Source of the DNA: Octopus bimaculoides
Lineage: Eukaryota
Assembly: GCF_001194135.2 (NCBI RefSeq)
Contig: NC_068998.1
Span: 2,272,617 to 2,313,236, forward strand
Length of the DNA stretch: 40,620 nt
Direction: 5' to 3'
Below are positions 23,477 to 34,175 of the stretch, piece by piece. Numbering within the stretch: the first letter of the stretch is position 1; the number at the start of each line of letters is the position of its first letter. Below the pieces are notes generated by a model, which was not told where the DNA came from, did no database searches, and saw only the letters and a list, made by a program, of their open reading frames with translations. Made by a program: the position numbers and the translations under genes.

Positions 23477-23580
23477 TGTATATATGTGTATATATATATA
23501 CACACACACACACCCTACTCTGTGTAAAAAGGAAAATTACATAATTAGATAATGAAGTCTTCCATATTTCTAATTTCTCC

Positions 23581-23768
23581 AAGATGGTGCACTGGCAGAA
23601 TTGCTATGGCACCGGGCAAAATGCTTCACGACATTTCGTCCAATTCTATGTCGTGAGTTCAAATGGCGCTGATGTAGACTTTTCCTTTCATCCTGTCGGG
23701 ATCGAGCACTGAAATCGATGTAATTCCCCAAAATTTCAGACACTTGTCCCCGTAGTAAAAAGGATTTC
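23581..23768 (+). mobile_element. SINE family B (Nin-type) with head
   Basis: CTGGCAGAATTG...GGGCAAAATGC...GAGTTCAAAT...CCTTTCATCCTGTCGGG...CCCCAAAATTTCAG. Confidence 0.7.
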
Positions 23769-23842
23769 TCTGATTATAGATTTAAATCAATCAGAATTGA
23801 TGAAGAGTTAAAGAACAACAACAACAACAGTTTCTAACTCAC

Positions 23843-23946
23843 CATTGACCGGCTTTAAAAGATTTTTTCTTATGCCATTCTGCGTGTAGTTTCAATCCCT
23901 TCACTGTCGGTGACAAATCCCAAATTTCCACAACGGTGGCTGAACG
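23843..23946 (-). CDS. OXNAD1: OXNAD1 internal exon (104 nt)
   Basis: TTTCTTTTTTTAAAG|CGT...CAA TG|GTGAGT; RSATVVEIWDLSPTVKGLKLHAEWHKKKSFKAGQ(W); the FKAGQW motif is completed by the G of the next exon. Confidence 0.93.
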
Positions 23947-25641
23947 CTTTAAAAAAAGAAACACAAAATTAAGCCATCGAAAACGTTTTAGTTATAAGGG
24001 AAATAATTCTGGTTTTTTCGTTTAATTTAAAGTCCAGGGTTGTTTCCCTTGCTAAAGGTATTTTGAATATACGAAATTTTTTGATGTTTGTACGTGTGTG
24101 TGCGCGCTTGCGCACACGAAAACTTGTTTGTTGCACCCCTCATATTTTTCTAAGATCCTTTAGTATTTTTTAAGTTGACGTGCATGTATGTATCTAAAGT
24201 GATAAACCTGAAGCGTTAGTAGGGGATAAATTTGGGCGGGAGGGATTCGCGGAGTGTGTGTGTGCAATGTAGAACTGGACGCAACGCAGACAGTGAGGTC
24301 GGGGGCCTTCTGCGCAACGGTATTTCTCATAGAACCACTAAGAACCGAAATGGTGAAGAAAAGGAATTTGCAAAGTGTGTTAATTGGCTAAGGGCTATAA
24401 TAGAAAACCTGTGGCCAAGATGCCACGCAGTAGGACAGAACCTGAAGCTGTACGATCGCAAACTGAAATTTTTACTTTTGCAATCATACCTGCGCCTATA
24501 AACCTATTTCATTATATATGCACTGATACCATTTACTTGAAAGGTACCCACAACACACCAGCTGATGTACAGTTGATTAAATTTCAACCATTTATATCAA
24601 CCAATGGTATTTGGTGAGTCACTCAAAAGTGGGTAACGAGCGCCTTTATTAAGACTCTCCATGCTTGACTGCATTTAGATAACGAAGACATTATGGAGTA
24701 CTTCTGAAGGTCAAGATGCTTCTACCCTATTATTTCCAATTCTAAATAGGTTAGCTGTGTTTTTTGTATGACGTAAAAGCTTATACATATTACTATGTTA
24801 GCATCCAAATTGATTACCAAGTTTATTCGTAAATTACTTGACAACATCACTAAAACACGATTAAGCATTAATCAATAAGCACGGAATTTTGTCAGTGAAC
24901 AAGTCACGGTCTCAAAGCGACGAAAATATTTTGGCAAATTAAATTTAAATGTTAAAGTGAATTTAACAGATTCTGTGTGTTTCTTAAATGGCTTATAAAC
25001 ACTTTCCACGCAGCAACTGAATTGTTTTCGTTCCAGAACACGATCTCAGATCAGATCGCTTGCTATGCAAGTACATCTCTATATATGTGTGTGTGTGTGC
25101 GCGCGCGCGCGCGCGCGTGTGTGTGTGTACACAGACATATGTGTGTGTGTGTGTATGTATGTGTGTATATGTATGTATTTTCATTGTTCAGTTTTATTTC
25201 AAGATTTCTTGCCAATAGAGAAAGAGCAGGTTTCTAACTCAGACACAAGGTCATTCATTGGAATTATATGATTTTGTATGTATGTGCGTTTGTATGTATA
25301 TATGTACATACATATGAATGTATGTATGCATGTATGTATGTATGTATGTATGTATGTATGTATACACACCCACATATGCAACCACAGCTGCAAACAGCAA
25401 TCAATGCACATTAGCTACAGATGATGAAACTGTTCTGCTTCACTGACTACAGACTTATAGGTGACATATCTACATGGCTACTGGTAACTGTGAACTACTT
25501 CATGTTTGACAACCACTTTACTATTACATATCCTGAATACTTCTAACCTGCTTGTTAGCATATCTGTGTTAAAAAACACTATGGTTTCAATTAATTTTGA
25601 CAATAATGGAGAATTTAGTAAAATGTCCTTGTCATCATTAA

Positions 25642-25860
25642 CCCTTTTGTTATTGTATTTATTTTGAGATGCTCTGTTTCTTTCAATTAATTTTAAATAT
25701 AACTAAGAATTTTGTAAAATAACTTAGTTATCATTAAACTGGTTTTAGGAACATAAATTGTGACTAAGGCTTGGTGGAAGATTTTAGTTCAAATCTTATG
25801 AAAACAAGACATTTGTACAACAGAACCGAGCTGGTTTCAGCTAGGTTAGTATTGAAAGGG
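25642..25860. mobile_element. piggyBac-type MITE
   Basis: TTAA(25638-41) CCCTTTT...GAAAGGG TTAA(25861-64); same family as 33964-34175. Confidence 0.85.
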
Positions 25861-25864
25861 TTAA

Positions 25865-26016
25865 CCCTTTCGATACCAACCTAGCTGAAACCCGGCTGGT
25901 GTTTGAGACATTGATTAACTTGAAATCTTGATCGGTTTTAATTTAGGTCACTTTGAAATGAAAAGTTTATATCATAGAACTTAGGAGTGGCTTCAGGCAG
26001 GTTGATATCAAAAGGA
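25865..26016. mobile_element. Second piggyBac-type MITE in tandem, sharing the central TTAA
   Basis: TTAA CCCTTTCGATACCAACCTAGCTGAAAC...CTTCAGGCAGGTTGATATCAAAAGGA TTAA(26017-20). Confidence 0.8.
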
Positions 26017-26149
26017 TTAAACATTAAAATACACAATTAGTTAGTACATACAACACACTAGCGCATTACTAATTAACTACATCATTATCAAACAATCAAC
26101 TGGGCAGTTATCTAACATCTAACTTCAGTTTCCTTATCAGCTAACTGCT

Positions 26150-26338
26150 CAGGCTCTCCATTGGTTATGATGATGAGCATTCCAGTTGATCTGATCAACG
26201 GAAGAACCTGCTCATGGCATTAACATGCAAGTGGCTGAGTACTCCACAGAGAGAGACGAAACCTTAATGTAGTTACAGAATGTGACAAGGCTAGTACTCT
26301 GACAACTCATTTTTGTCAGCAGGGTGGACTGGAGCAAT
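26150..26338 (-). mobile_element. SINE family A, headless, abutting the cyclase fragment
   Basis: GATCAACGGAAGAACCTG...GTGGCTGAGTACTCCACAGA...GGTGGACTGGAGCAA; homology stops at about 26338. Confidence 0.8.
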
Positions 26339-26340
26339 TG

Positions 26341-26578
26341 CAAATTGGAATGCATTCTGGTCAGGTAGTAAGGGGTGGGGGTGGGAAAACGAATACGTAG
26401 GTTCTATCTATTTGAAGACACCGTTAACGCAGCCTCTAAAATGCAGTCTGGCTCTTACGACTTATACGTTCCACTGAGCGAGTGCACTGCATCACTTCTT
26501 GGTTGCTCAGTTGGTTATGAGTGTAGAGGAAAAAGAGAAATAAAAGGTCATGGCGTAATGGCATTGTACAGGCTGTAG
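26341..26578 (+). pseudogene. Class III (adenylate/guanylate) cyclase catalytic-domain C-terminal fragment, frameshifted
   Basis: Frame 1 from 26341: QIGMHSGQVV; after a frameshift near 26371, frame 2: GVGVGKRIRRFYLFEDTVNAASKMQSGS...PLSECTASLL...ECRGKREIKGHGVMALYRL*. Canonical pattern: RIGIHTGPVVAGVVG..MPRYCLFGDTVNTASRMES...RG...KGKG.M.TYWL. Confidence 0.85.
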
Positions 26579-26696
26579 GGTAAGGACATACTTCCGTAAG
26601 AACTGCCTGGTTTGTCCCTGATGGTCCAACTCTCAGAATATAAGTTCAAATAAAACATGCAGAGCATAAGTTTATCTACACAACATCATACATATA

Positions 26697-27452
26697 GTAT
26701 GCATGCATGTATGCATGTATGTATGCATACATGTATGTATGTATGTATGTATGCATACACGTGTATATGTATGTATGTATGCATGTATGTATGTATATAT
26801 GTATATATGTATATATGTATGTATGCATGTATGTATGTATATATGTATATATGTATATATGTATGTATGCATGCATGTGTGTATGCATGTAGGTATATAT
26901 GCATGCATGTATGTATGCATGTATGCATACATGTATGTATATATGTATGCATGTATGTATGCATGTATGTATATATGCATGTATGTATGCATGCATGTTT
27001 GTATGTATGCATGCATGTATGTATATATATGCATGTATGTATGTATGAATGTATGCATATANNNNNNNNNNNNNNNNNNNNNNNNNNNNNNNNNNNNNNN
27101 NNNNNNNNNNNNNNNNNNNNNNNNNNNNNNNNNNNNNNNNNNNNNNNNNNNNNNNNNNNNNNNNNNNNNNNNNNNNNNNNNNNNNNNNNNNNNNNNNNNN
27201 NNNNNNNNNNNNNNNNNNNNNNNNNNNNNNNNNNNNNNNNNNNNNNNNNNNNNNNNNNNNNNNNNNNNNNNNNNNNNNNNNNNNNNNNNNNTATGTATGC
27301 ATGTATGCATGTGTATATACATGTATGTATGTATGCATACATGCATGCATGTATGTATGTATGCATGTATGTGTACATTTATGTATGTATGCATGCATGT
27401 ATGTATATATATGCGTATGCATGTATGTATGCACGTGTGTATGCATGTATGT
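26697..27452. repeat. Long degenerate (ATGT/ATGC/AT)n alternating purine-pyrimidine tract spanning a gap
   Basis: Directly visible; source of the six-frame MHVC/YIHT ORFs. Confidence 0.95.
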
Positions 27453-27459
27453 TGTGAAA

Positions 27460-27655
27460 GTATATGGCTTAGTGGTTAGAGTATGCAGCTCACAATCATA
27501 AGGTCAGGAGTTCGATTCCAGCAGTACAGTGTGTCCTTGAGCAAGACACTTTATTTCACGTTGCTCCAGTCCACTTAGCTGGCAAAAATCATCTTTACCT
27601 TTAATTGTAAAGGCACAAGGCTCATCACATTCTGTGTCACTCTGAATTTCGTCTA
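27460..27655 (+). mobile_element. SINE family A, 5' half with tRNA-like head
   Basis: TGGCTTAGTGGTTAGAG (A box), GAGTTCGATTCC (B box), GTGTCCTTGAGCAAGACACTTTATTTCACGTTGCTCCAGTCCAC. Confidence 0.8.
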
Positions 27656-27997
27656 ATCAGAATTATTGGAGAATGAGAGAAGGAAGTAAATGAATGTGTT
27701 TCACCATAAAACTGAATGAGATGAAGTGGTGTAGCAGAGAACAATGAGTGTAGAGTGTAGCTATCAAAGCAGGATCTTATAGAGGAAATAAGGATTGCAT
27801 GGGCCTTAGCTCTTGTTGTATTGACGTCAGTTCTGGTGATAACACACAAAGACCTAGTGTCATATAAAATCAATGTTGAATTACGCATATTGTTGGTGCT
27901 TTTGATTACCATATTTCTGTTGCAAAACACTGCCTGCGTTTCCGTTAATTGTGAAAATAATGAGGATTTTATTAAAAAATAACTTTGTCACTATTAA

Positions 27998-28216
27998 CAC
28001 TTTAGCATTTAAATTGGCCATATATTCTGGTCAATACATTCTACATATTTTGTATTCAAACCAGCTAGATCTTGCCTCTCTCACCAACCCTGCAATGTTA
28101 CTCTAAAAATAAATAGCTCATCAAAGTCTCAAAGCCACAGGATAATGCATGATTACTTCAAAACAGTGTGAATGAATAAACATTACTTTTGATAGAATAA
28201 TGTGAATGCTAAAAGA
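27998..28216. mobile_element. piggyBac-type MITE (second family)
   Basis: TTAA CACTTTAGCATT...AATGCTAAAAGA TTAA. Confidence 0.7.
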
Positions 28217-28289
28217 TTAAGCTAATGTTCAGAATGCTAACAGTCAGGACACTTCTAATTTACATCACTTTAAAACTTTTAGGATTATA

Positions 28290-28539
28290 TTGGGTTGGTG
28301 CAGAATTATTGCGGATTTTTTTCAATAAATTTTATTCAACAAAAACAATAACGATATTTAACAAAAACATCTTTAAATGATGGACTGACCATTTGCCAAG
28401 CAAATGGGAAACAGTAATTGAAGGAGATGGTGAATATGATCCAGAATAATCATTTGAAGATGTTTTTGTTACATGTTGTTATTGGTTTTGTTGAATAAAA
28501 TTGGTTAAAAAAAGCCACAATAATTATGCACCAACCCAA
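28290..28539. mobile_element. Mariner (Hsmar1/MADE1-like TIR) MITE, 250 bp
   Basis: TA-flanked TIRs TTGGGTTGGTGCAGAATTATTGCGG / CCACAATAATTATGCACCAACCCAA; about 95-bp inverted arms; the core encodes a transposase C-terminus-like DHLPSKWETVIEGDGEYDPE*. Confidence 0.9.
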
Positions 28540-28641
28540 TATTTCTATAGTAACCTTTCTGATCTCCCTTCCTCAATCAATCCAAGACCCTGTCAGTGTT
28601 TGTGTCTGTCATCAATAGAAATCAATAACATAAACACTTAC

Positions 28642-28665
28642 ATAATCTGATTCTTGGGATTCCAT
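28642..28665 (-). CDS. OXNAD1: Probable OXNAD1 start codon within a 38-nt exon (28679-28642): MESQESDY
   Basis: Strong acceptor TTTTTTTTTTCTTTAACAG| and donor |GTAAGT; ATG 28665 preceded by an in-frame TAA; ends in phase 0 and joins RSATVV of the 23946 exon, giving a 254-aa CDS. Confidence 0.7.
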
Positions 28666-28947
28666 TCTGTCTTAAAATCCTGTTAAAGAAAAAAAAAAGC
28701 AATTATGTTTAATGTTGGTGTTGGGTAGAGGTGGGTTTGAGTATTGGGGTCTGTGGGTGTTGATTTTTATACTTAGTTGTAACTCAGGTTATATATATAT
28801 TAATTTCTTTGTTTGGTTATGTATAATATATAAATATTAACCAGTAAAAAAACAATCAATGAAAAGAACAGTACCATGGAACCCCACTTTGTATCCACCA
28901 GACAGATGATGCTTTGCTCTCAGTAAACTTAACATTGGAGTAGCTTT

Positions 28948-29157
28948 TGGTGCCACATAAAAAGCACCCAAAATCCTCTGGAAAGTTGTTGGCATTAGGA
29001 AGGGCCTCCAGCCATAGAAATCATGCCAAAACAGACAATTGGAGCCTAATGTAGCTCTTCAGCTTGCCAGCTCTTGCCAAACCATCCAACCAGCATAGAA
29101 AATGGATGTTAAATGACAATGATGATGATGAAGATGATATACATACACATGTGTGTA

Positions 29158-29188
<31 letters not shown>

Positions 29189-29748
29189 GCACACATACAT
29201 ATACATATATATATGGATGGGTGAGGGTAGTTCCAGATTTGCATCAAGATGGACACAATTGAATGCCTTTAATCATAAGACAGTTCAATAACTAAACAAC
29301 GGCAATTATTTTCACACTAAATTCCACAATAAACATAATGTACACCATCTGAAAGTTACATTTGGTGGGTGTGGGATGTCTGTCAGTATGTATGTGTACG
29401 TTCCTACTAATTTTTTTTTAACGGTTGGTATTAGGAAGGGTGTCCAGCCATAAAAACCATGCTGAAGCAGACACTGGGGCTTGATGTAGTCTTTGGACAC
29501 ATTGGAACCCATCAAATCAACCAGCCCATGCCAGCATGAAACATGAACATTACGTGATGACAACGATGAGGAAATTCCAATATAACCATGGGAGCCAATC
29601 AGGGGACATTGGCAGCAACCACGTTGGGATGATGCATTTTACGTGCCACCAACACGGGAGCCAGTCAGGCGGACCTGGCATCGACCACATTTTGATGATG
29701 CTTTTTATGTGCCACCAGAACGGGAGCCAGTCAGGAAGCACTGTCCAC
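28948..29748. mobile_element. Cluster of older family C repeats (28948-29138 +, 29421-29570 +, 29585-29748 -)
   Basis: GTTGGCATTAGGAAGGG and GTTGGTATTAGGAAGGG motifs with GAT tails; internal roughly 70-bp GGGAGCCAGTCAGG units. Confidence 0.7.
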
Positions 29749-30173
29749 AGCTACAGTTTTGGTTTTACTTCACTGAACAGGTCTTCTCAAACATATCATA
29801 TCACCCAATGCATCTGATAACAAAAGCAACTTTTCCCATGTACAGTTGTCACCATAGTGTAACATATCAAGTTCAAAATGCAGCTCCATTTTCTATGTAA
29901 TTAATTCTAATGAATTAAAATTATCCCCTATCTTACTTATTAAAGCCCCCCCCCCCCCAGCTGCACTAAAATTACTCAATTATAAGATTATATTGTCATT
30001 ATTGAGGATGTAATTCAAGTTTAATTAAATTCCTTGACCTGTTGTATTAAATATGTTAAAAGCCAGCAAACCATCATCTGTGAGGTGGACACAAAGTGGG
30101 GTCCCCTGTTTATCTTCTTTTCATTGATTGTTTTTTTACTGGTTAATAGAAACAGATGTTAGTGATTAAAAAC

Positions 30174-30204
<31 letters not shown>

Positions 30205-30386
30205 CGTGTGTGCATGTGTGCGTGTGTAGATTCCTGGAAATAAGAATAGAATAGCTATGCAAATGTAAACAGACACACTTAATGCAAGTATAAATAGATG
30301 TATCGTGTTCAATAATTCATGTCTGTATGTACACACACACACGTCTGTATGCATTATATATATGTATGTGTATGTGTGTGTGGGAG

Positions 30387-30655
30387 ACGAGATGGTATCA
30401 GAAAGTTCCTAGACTAGTTCTGTAGCACACCAACAGATGGCAGCACATGGTGTGTGTGCAGTGAAAGCTAGCAGCGCCCTTCGTGAGGTAGTGTACCAGG
30501 TGACATCAGTGTGATTTCTTTGCAAATTGTGAAATTTGTGCTTTTGTGATCATGTGCATGCTGTAGTATGCAATTTTGTCATGGACAGGAAGTAGGAACA
30601 AAGAGCCAACATGAAATTTTGCATTAAACTTGTGAAGTCTACTACAGAAACATTG
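30387..30655 (+). mobile_element. Mariner 5' end with transposase N-terminus, truncated by a family C repeat
   Basis: ATG 30581: MDRK*EQRANMKFCIKLVKSTTETL, matching the mariner EQR..IKFC.KL.KS..ET motif; upstream sequence resembles a mariner 5' TIR region. Confidence 0.75.
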
Positions 30656-30695
30656 GCACCTATGTCGGTGGCACGTTAGAAAATCATTCAAGCAA

Positions 30696-30979
30696 GGTTG
30701 TTGCCAGTGCCGCTGGACTGGCTCCTGTGCAGGTGGCACATGAAAAAACACAGTTTTGAGCGTGGCTGTTGCCAGTGCAGCGTGACTGGCCCTCATGCCG
30801 GTGGCACGTAAAAGCACCCACTACACTCTCGGAGTAGTTGGCGATAGGAAGGGCATCCAGCTGTAGAAATTCTGCCAGATCAGATTGGAGTCTGGTGCAG
30901 CCTTCTGGCTCACCAGTCCTCAGTCAAATCATCCAACCCATGCTAGCATGGAAAGCGGACGTTAAACGATGATGATGAT
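30696..30979 (+). mobile_element. SINE-like repeat family C
   Basis: Close homologue of 22963-23257 with a (GAT)n tail. Confidence 0.85.
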
Positions 30980-31717
30980 ATATATATATATATATATANN
31001 NNNNNNNNNNNNNNNNNNNNNNNNNNNNNNNNNNNNNNNNNNNNNNNNNNNNNNNNNNNNNNNNNNNNNNNNNNNNNNNNNNNNNNNNNNNNNNNNNNNN
31101 NNNNNNNNNNNNNNNNNNNNNNNNNNNNNNNNNNNNNNNNNNNNNNNNNNNNNNNNNNNNNNNNNNNNNNNNNNNNNNNNNNNNNNNNNNNNNNNNNNNN
31201 NNNNNNNNNNNNNNNNNNNNNNNNNNNNNNNNNNNNNNNNNNNNNNNNNNNNNNNNNNNNNNNNNNNNNNNNNNNNNNNNNNNNNNNNNNNNNNNNNNNN
31301 NNNNNNNNNNNNNNNNNNNNNNNNNNNNNNNNNNNNNNNNNNNNNNNNNNNNNNNNNNNNNNNNNNNNNNNNNNNNNNNNNNNNNNNNNNNNNNNNNNNN
31401 NNNNNNNNNNNNNNNNNNNNNNNNNNNNNNNNNNNNNNNNNNNNNNNNNNNNNNNNNNNNNNNNNNNNNNNNNNNNNNNNNNNNNNNNNNNNNNNNNNNN
31501 NNNNNNNNNNNNNNNNNNNNNNNNNNNNNNNNNNNNNNNNNNNNNNNNNNNNNNNNNNNNNNNNNNNNNNNNNNNNNNNNNNNNNNNNNNNNNNNNNNNN
31601 NNNNNNNNNNNNNNNNNNNNNNNNNNNNNNNNNNNNNNNNNNNNNNNNNNNNNNNNNNNNNNNNNNNNNNNNNNNNNNNNNNNNNNNNNNNNNNNNNNNN
31701 NNNNNNNNNNNNNNNNN

Positions 31718-31773
<56 letters not shown>

Positions 31774-32004
31774 TATGAAATTTATACACATACACACATA
31801 TATCTACATGTCTGTAGATATGTATATGTGTTAATATAAATGTGTGTGTGTGTGTGTGTGTGTGTACAGAGAGGGAGAGAGAGAGAGAGATACATGCATT
31901 TATATACACAAACATTTACAATACATACCCATATAAATATGGAATAAATCAAAATTTATGATTAAAATCCTCAAAATAAAACAATGAGATTTTTATATAC
32001 ATAC

Positions 32005-32130
32005 CGTTACTGTATAGAACTGTTTAGTTACGAAGGGAACAAACCGAATGCACTGTAACAACACCAGTAGAGTCGCGGTGTTTGTTATATAAAATACGTC
32101 TAGTATAGACCGATGAATCAACCACCACAT
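32005..32130 (-). CDS. Candidate upstream OXNAD1 exon (42 codons, phase 0), or a 5' UTR exon carrying a uORF
   Basis: ATG 32130 open to donor ACG|GTATGT (GT 32004-32003): MWWLIHRSILDVFYITNTATLLVLLQCIRFVPFVTKQFYTVT. No homology support. Confidence 0.35.
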
Positions 32131-33302
32131 TGGCCTACGGACTGTTAGTGACTGATGCTTAGAAACAGTGTCAAGTCTCCTGAATGGAATGTGTACTTAT
32201 GTGCATATATATGTCAAATCTATAGCTTGTTAAAGGACTATCAACACATTATATGATTATATGGCAATAATGGAAATAAATATAACATATATATATGTGT
32301 GTGCGTGTGTATGTGTGTCATCATCATCATTGTGGCATATCCTAAAATGTGTTGGACATTTGACAGGATCAGTAAACTGGGAGGCTACTTTGAGCTTTAT
32401 TGTCTGTTTATATGTGTGCACAAACACACACACACACATAATTAATAGCTTATATATATATATATATATATATNNNNNNNNNNNNNNNNNNNNNNNNNNN
32501 NNNNNNNNNNNNNNNNNNNNNNNNNNNNNNNNNNNNNNNNNNNNNNNNNNNNNNNNNNNNNNNNNNNNNNNNNNNNNNNNNNNNNNNNNNNNNNNNNNNN
32601 NNNNNNNNNNNNNNNNNNNNNNNNNNNNNNNNNNNNNNNNNNNNNNNNNNNNNNNNNNNNNNNNNNNNNNNNNNNNNNNNNNNNNNNNNNNNNNNNNNNN
32701 NNNNNNNNNNNNNNNNNNNNNNNNNNNNNNNNNNNNNNNNNNNNNNNNNNNNNNNNNNNNNNNNNNNNNNNNNNNNNNNNNNNNNNNNNNNNNNNNNNNN
32801 NNNNNNNNNNNNNNNNNNNNNNNNNNNNNNNNNNNNNNNNNNNNNNNNNNNNNNNNNNNNNNNNNNNNNNNNNNNGAATCGTCAATTAGTAATAAAATTA
32901 ATAATTAACAATTTTGCCGGGTAGCTCAGTATGAAAAAACCTTTTCGGTAAAAAACATTTATAATCATAAATATATAGGGATTGACAGTAACCTGCTTCT
33001 CCAACATATATATATATATATATAGATAGATATGTATATATATATATACATACACATATATATATATACACATATACATACATATACATATATATATATA
33101 TATATACACACGCACACATATATATTTATATACACATATACATACATATATATACATATATATATACATACATATATGTATATTTATATACATATATACA
33201 CATATATATACATATATATATATATTTATATATATATATATATATATATATACATACATATATACATGTATATATACATATATATATATATATACACACA
33301 TA

Positions 33303-33338
<36 letters not shown>

Positions 33339-33374
33339 TATATGTATATGGTAAATTAGAGTGATATGCATGTA

Positions 33375-33724
33375 TCATCATCATCATCATCGTTTAACAT
33401 CCGCTTTCCATACTGGCATGGGTTGGACAGTCTGACTAAGGACTGGCAAGCCAGAAGGCTACACCAGGCTCCAATCTGATCTGGCAAGGTTCCTACAGCT
33501 GGATTCCCTTCCTAACACCAACCACTCTGAGTGTGTAGTGGGTGCTTTTATGTACCACCGGCATGAGGGCCAGTCAGGCGGTACTGCCAATGACCACACA
33601 CAAAAGGTGTTTTTACGTACCACCAGCACGGGAGCTAGTCAGTGGCCCTGGCAACGATCCTTAGATGGTGCTCCACTAGCACGAGTGCCAATCAGGCGGT
33701 ACTGTCATCGGCCACGTCAGCGAT
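33375..33724 (-). mobile_element. SINE-like repeat family C
   Basis: (CAT)n then CGTTTAACATCCGCTTTCCATA...CCTTCCTAACACCAACC, with internal tandem units. Confidence 0.85.
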
Positions 33725-33963
33725 AAATTTGACAATGCAACATACTTTCTGATATATGAAAACAAACTGGATTGCTATGCCTTGAAGGCGTCTTAACTCA
33801 AGATATTTTTTTATTTTCATGAGAATTTACTTGAGGTTACACTACAACAACAAGGAAACCAATAAAAGAGTATAGAATTTAAGAATCTAAGTACACAATT
33901 ATCAACAGGAAATAAAAGATAAATAATATATAATTTTTTTTATCACTCGCAAATTACCTTTAA

Positions 33964-34175
33964 CCCTTTTCTTATCATGTTTCTACTGATATAGACTTTG
34001 TTTTGGCAATTTTGGAAATAATAGGTTTTGGAAATAACTTTGTCGTTATTAATCTAGTGTTTGAATATGAATTAGTATGAAATTCTGATGGAAAATGTTA
34101 ATTAAAATCATTTTAAAACAAGTGGTTTGTCTCATAGAAGCAGGGATGGTTTCAGGTAGGTTGGCATCAAAAAGG
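33964..34175. mobile_element. piggyBac-type MITE (same family as 25642-25860)
   Basis: TTAA(33960-63) CCCTTTT...GGTTTCAGGTAGGTTGGCATCAAAAAGG TTAA(34176-79). Confidence 0.8.

Noticed and set aside
24440-24510. Minus-strand FIGAGMIAK (Rossmann-like) and CDRTASG (like OXNAD1 ERTAS)
   Set aside because: Bounded by stops, with no usable splice sites in the needed phase and no extended similarity.
26657-27501. Long ORFs in six frames (MHVCMYVC/YIHT repeats), and similar long ORFs at 13690-14664, 30943-31915, 32882-33371 and 35686-37175
   Set aside because: They arise from stop-free microsatellites and N-gaps; no coding signal.
27460-27530. tRNA-like A/B boxes here and at about 4150-4203, 6900-6955 and 37321-37385
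   Set aside because: No cloverleaf, and each runs into a SINE body; they are SINE heads, not tRNA genes.
27637-27930. 97-aa minus-strand ORF within the OXNAD1 intron
   Set aside because: No recognisable homology, weak acceptor, and not needed for a phase-consistent OXNAD1 model.
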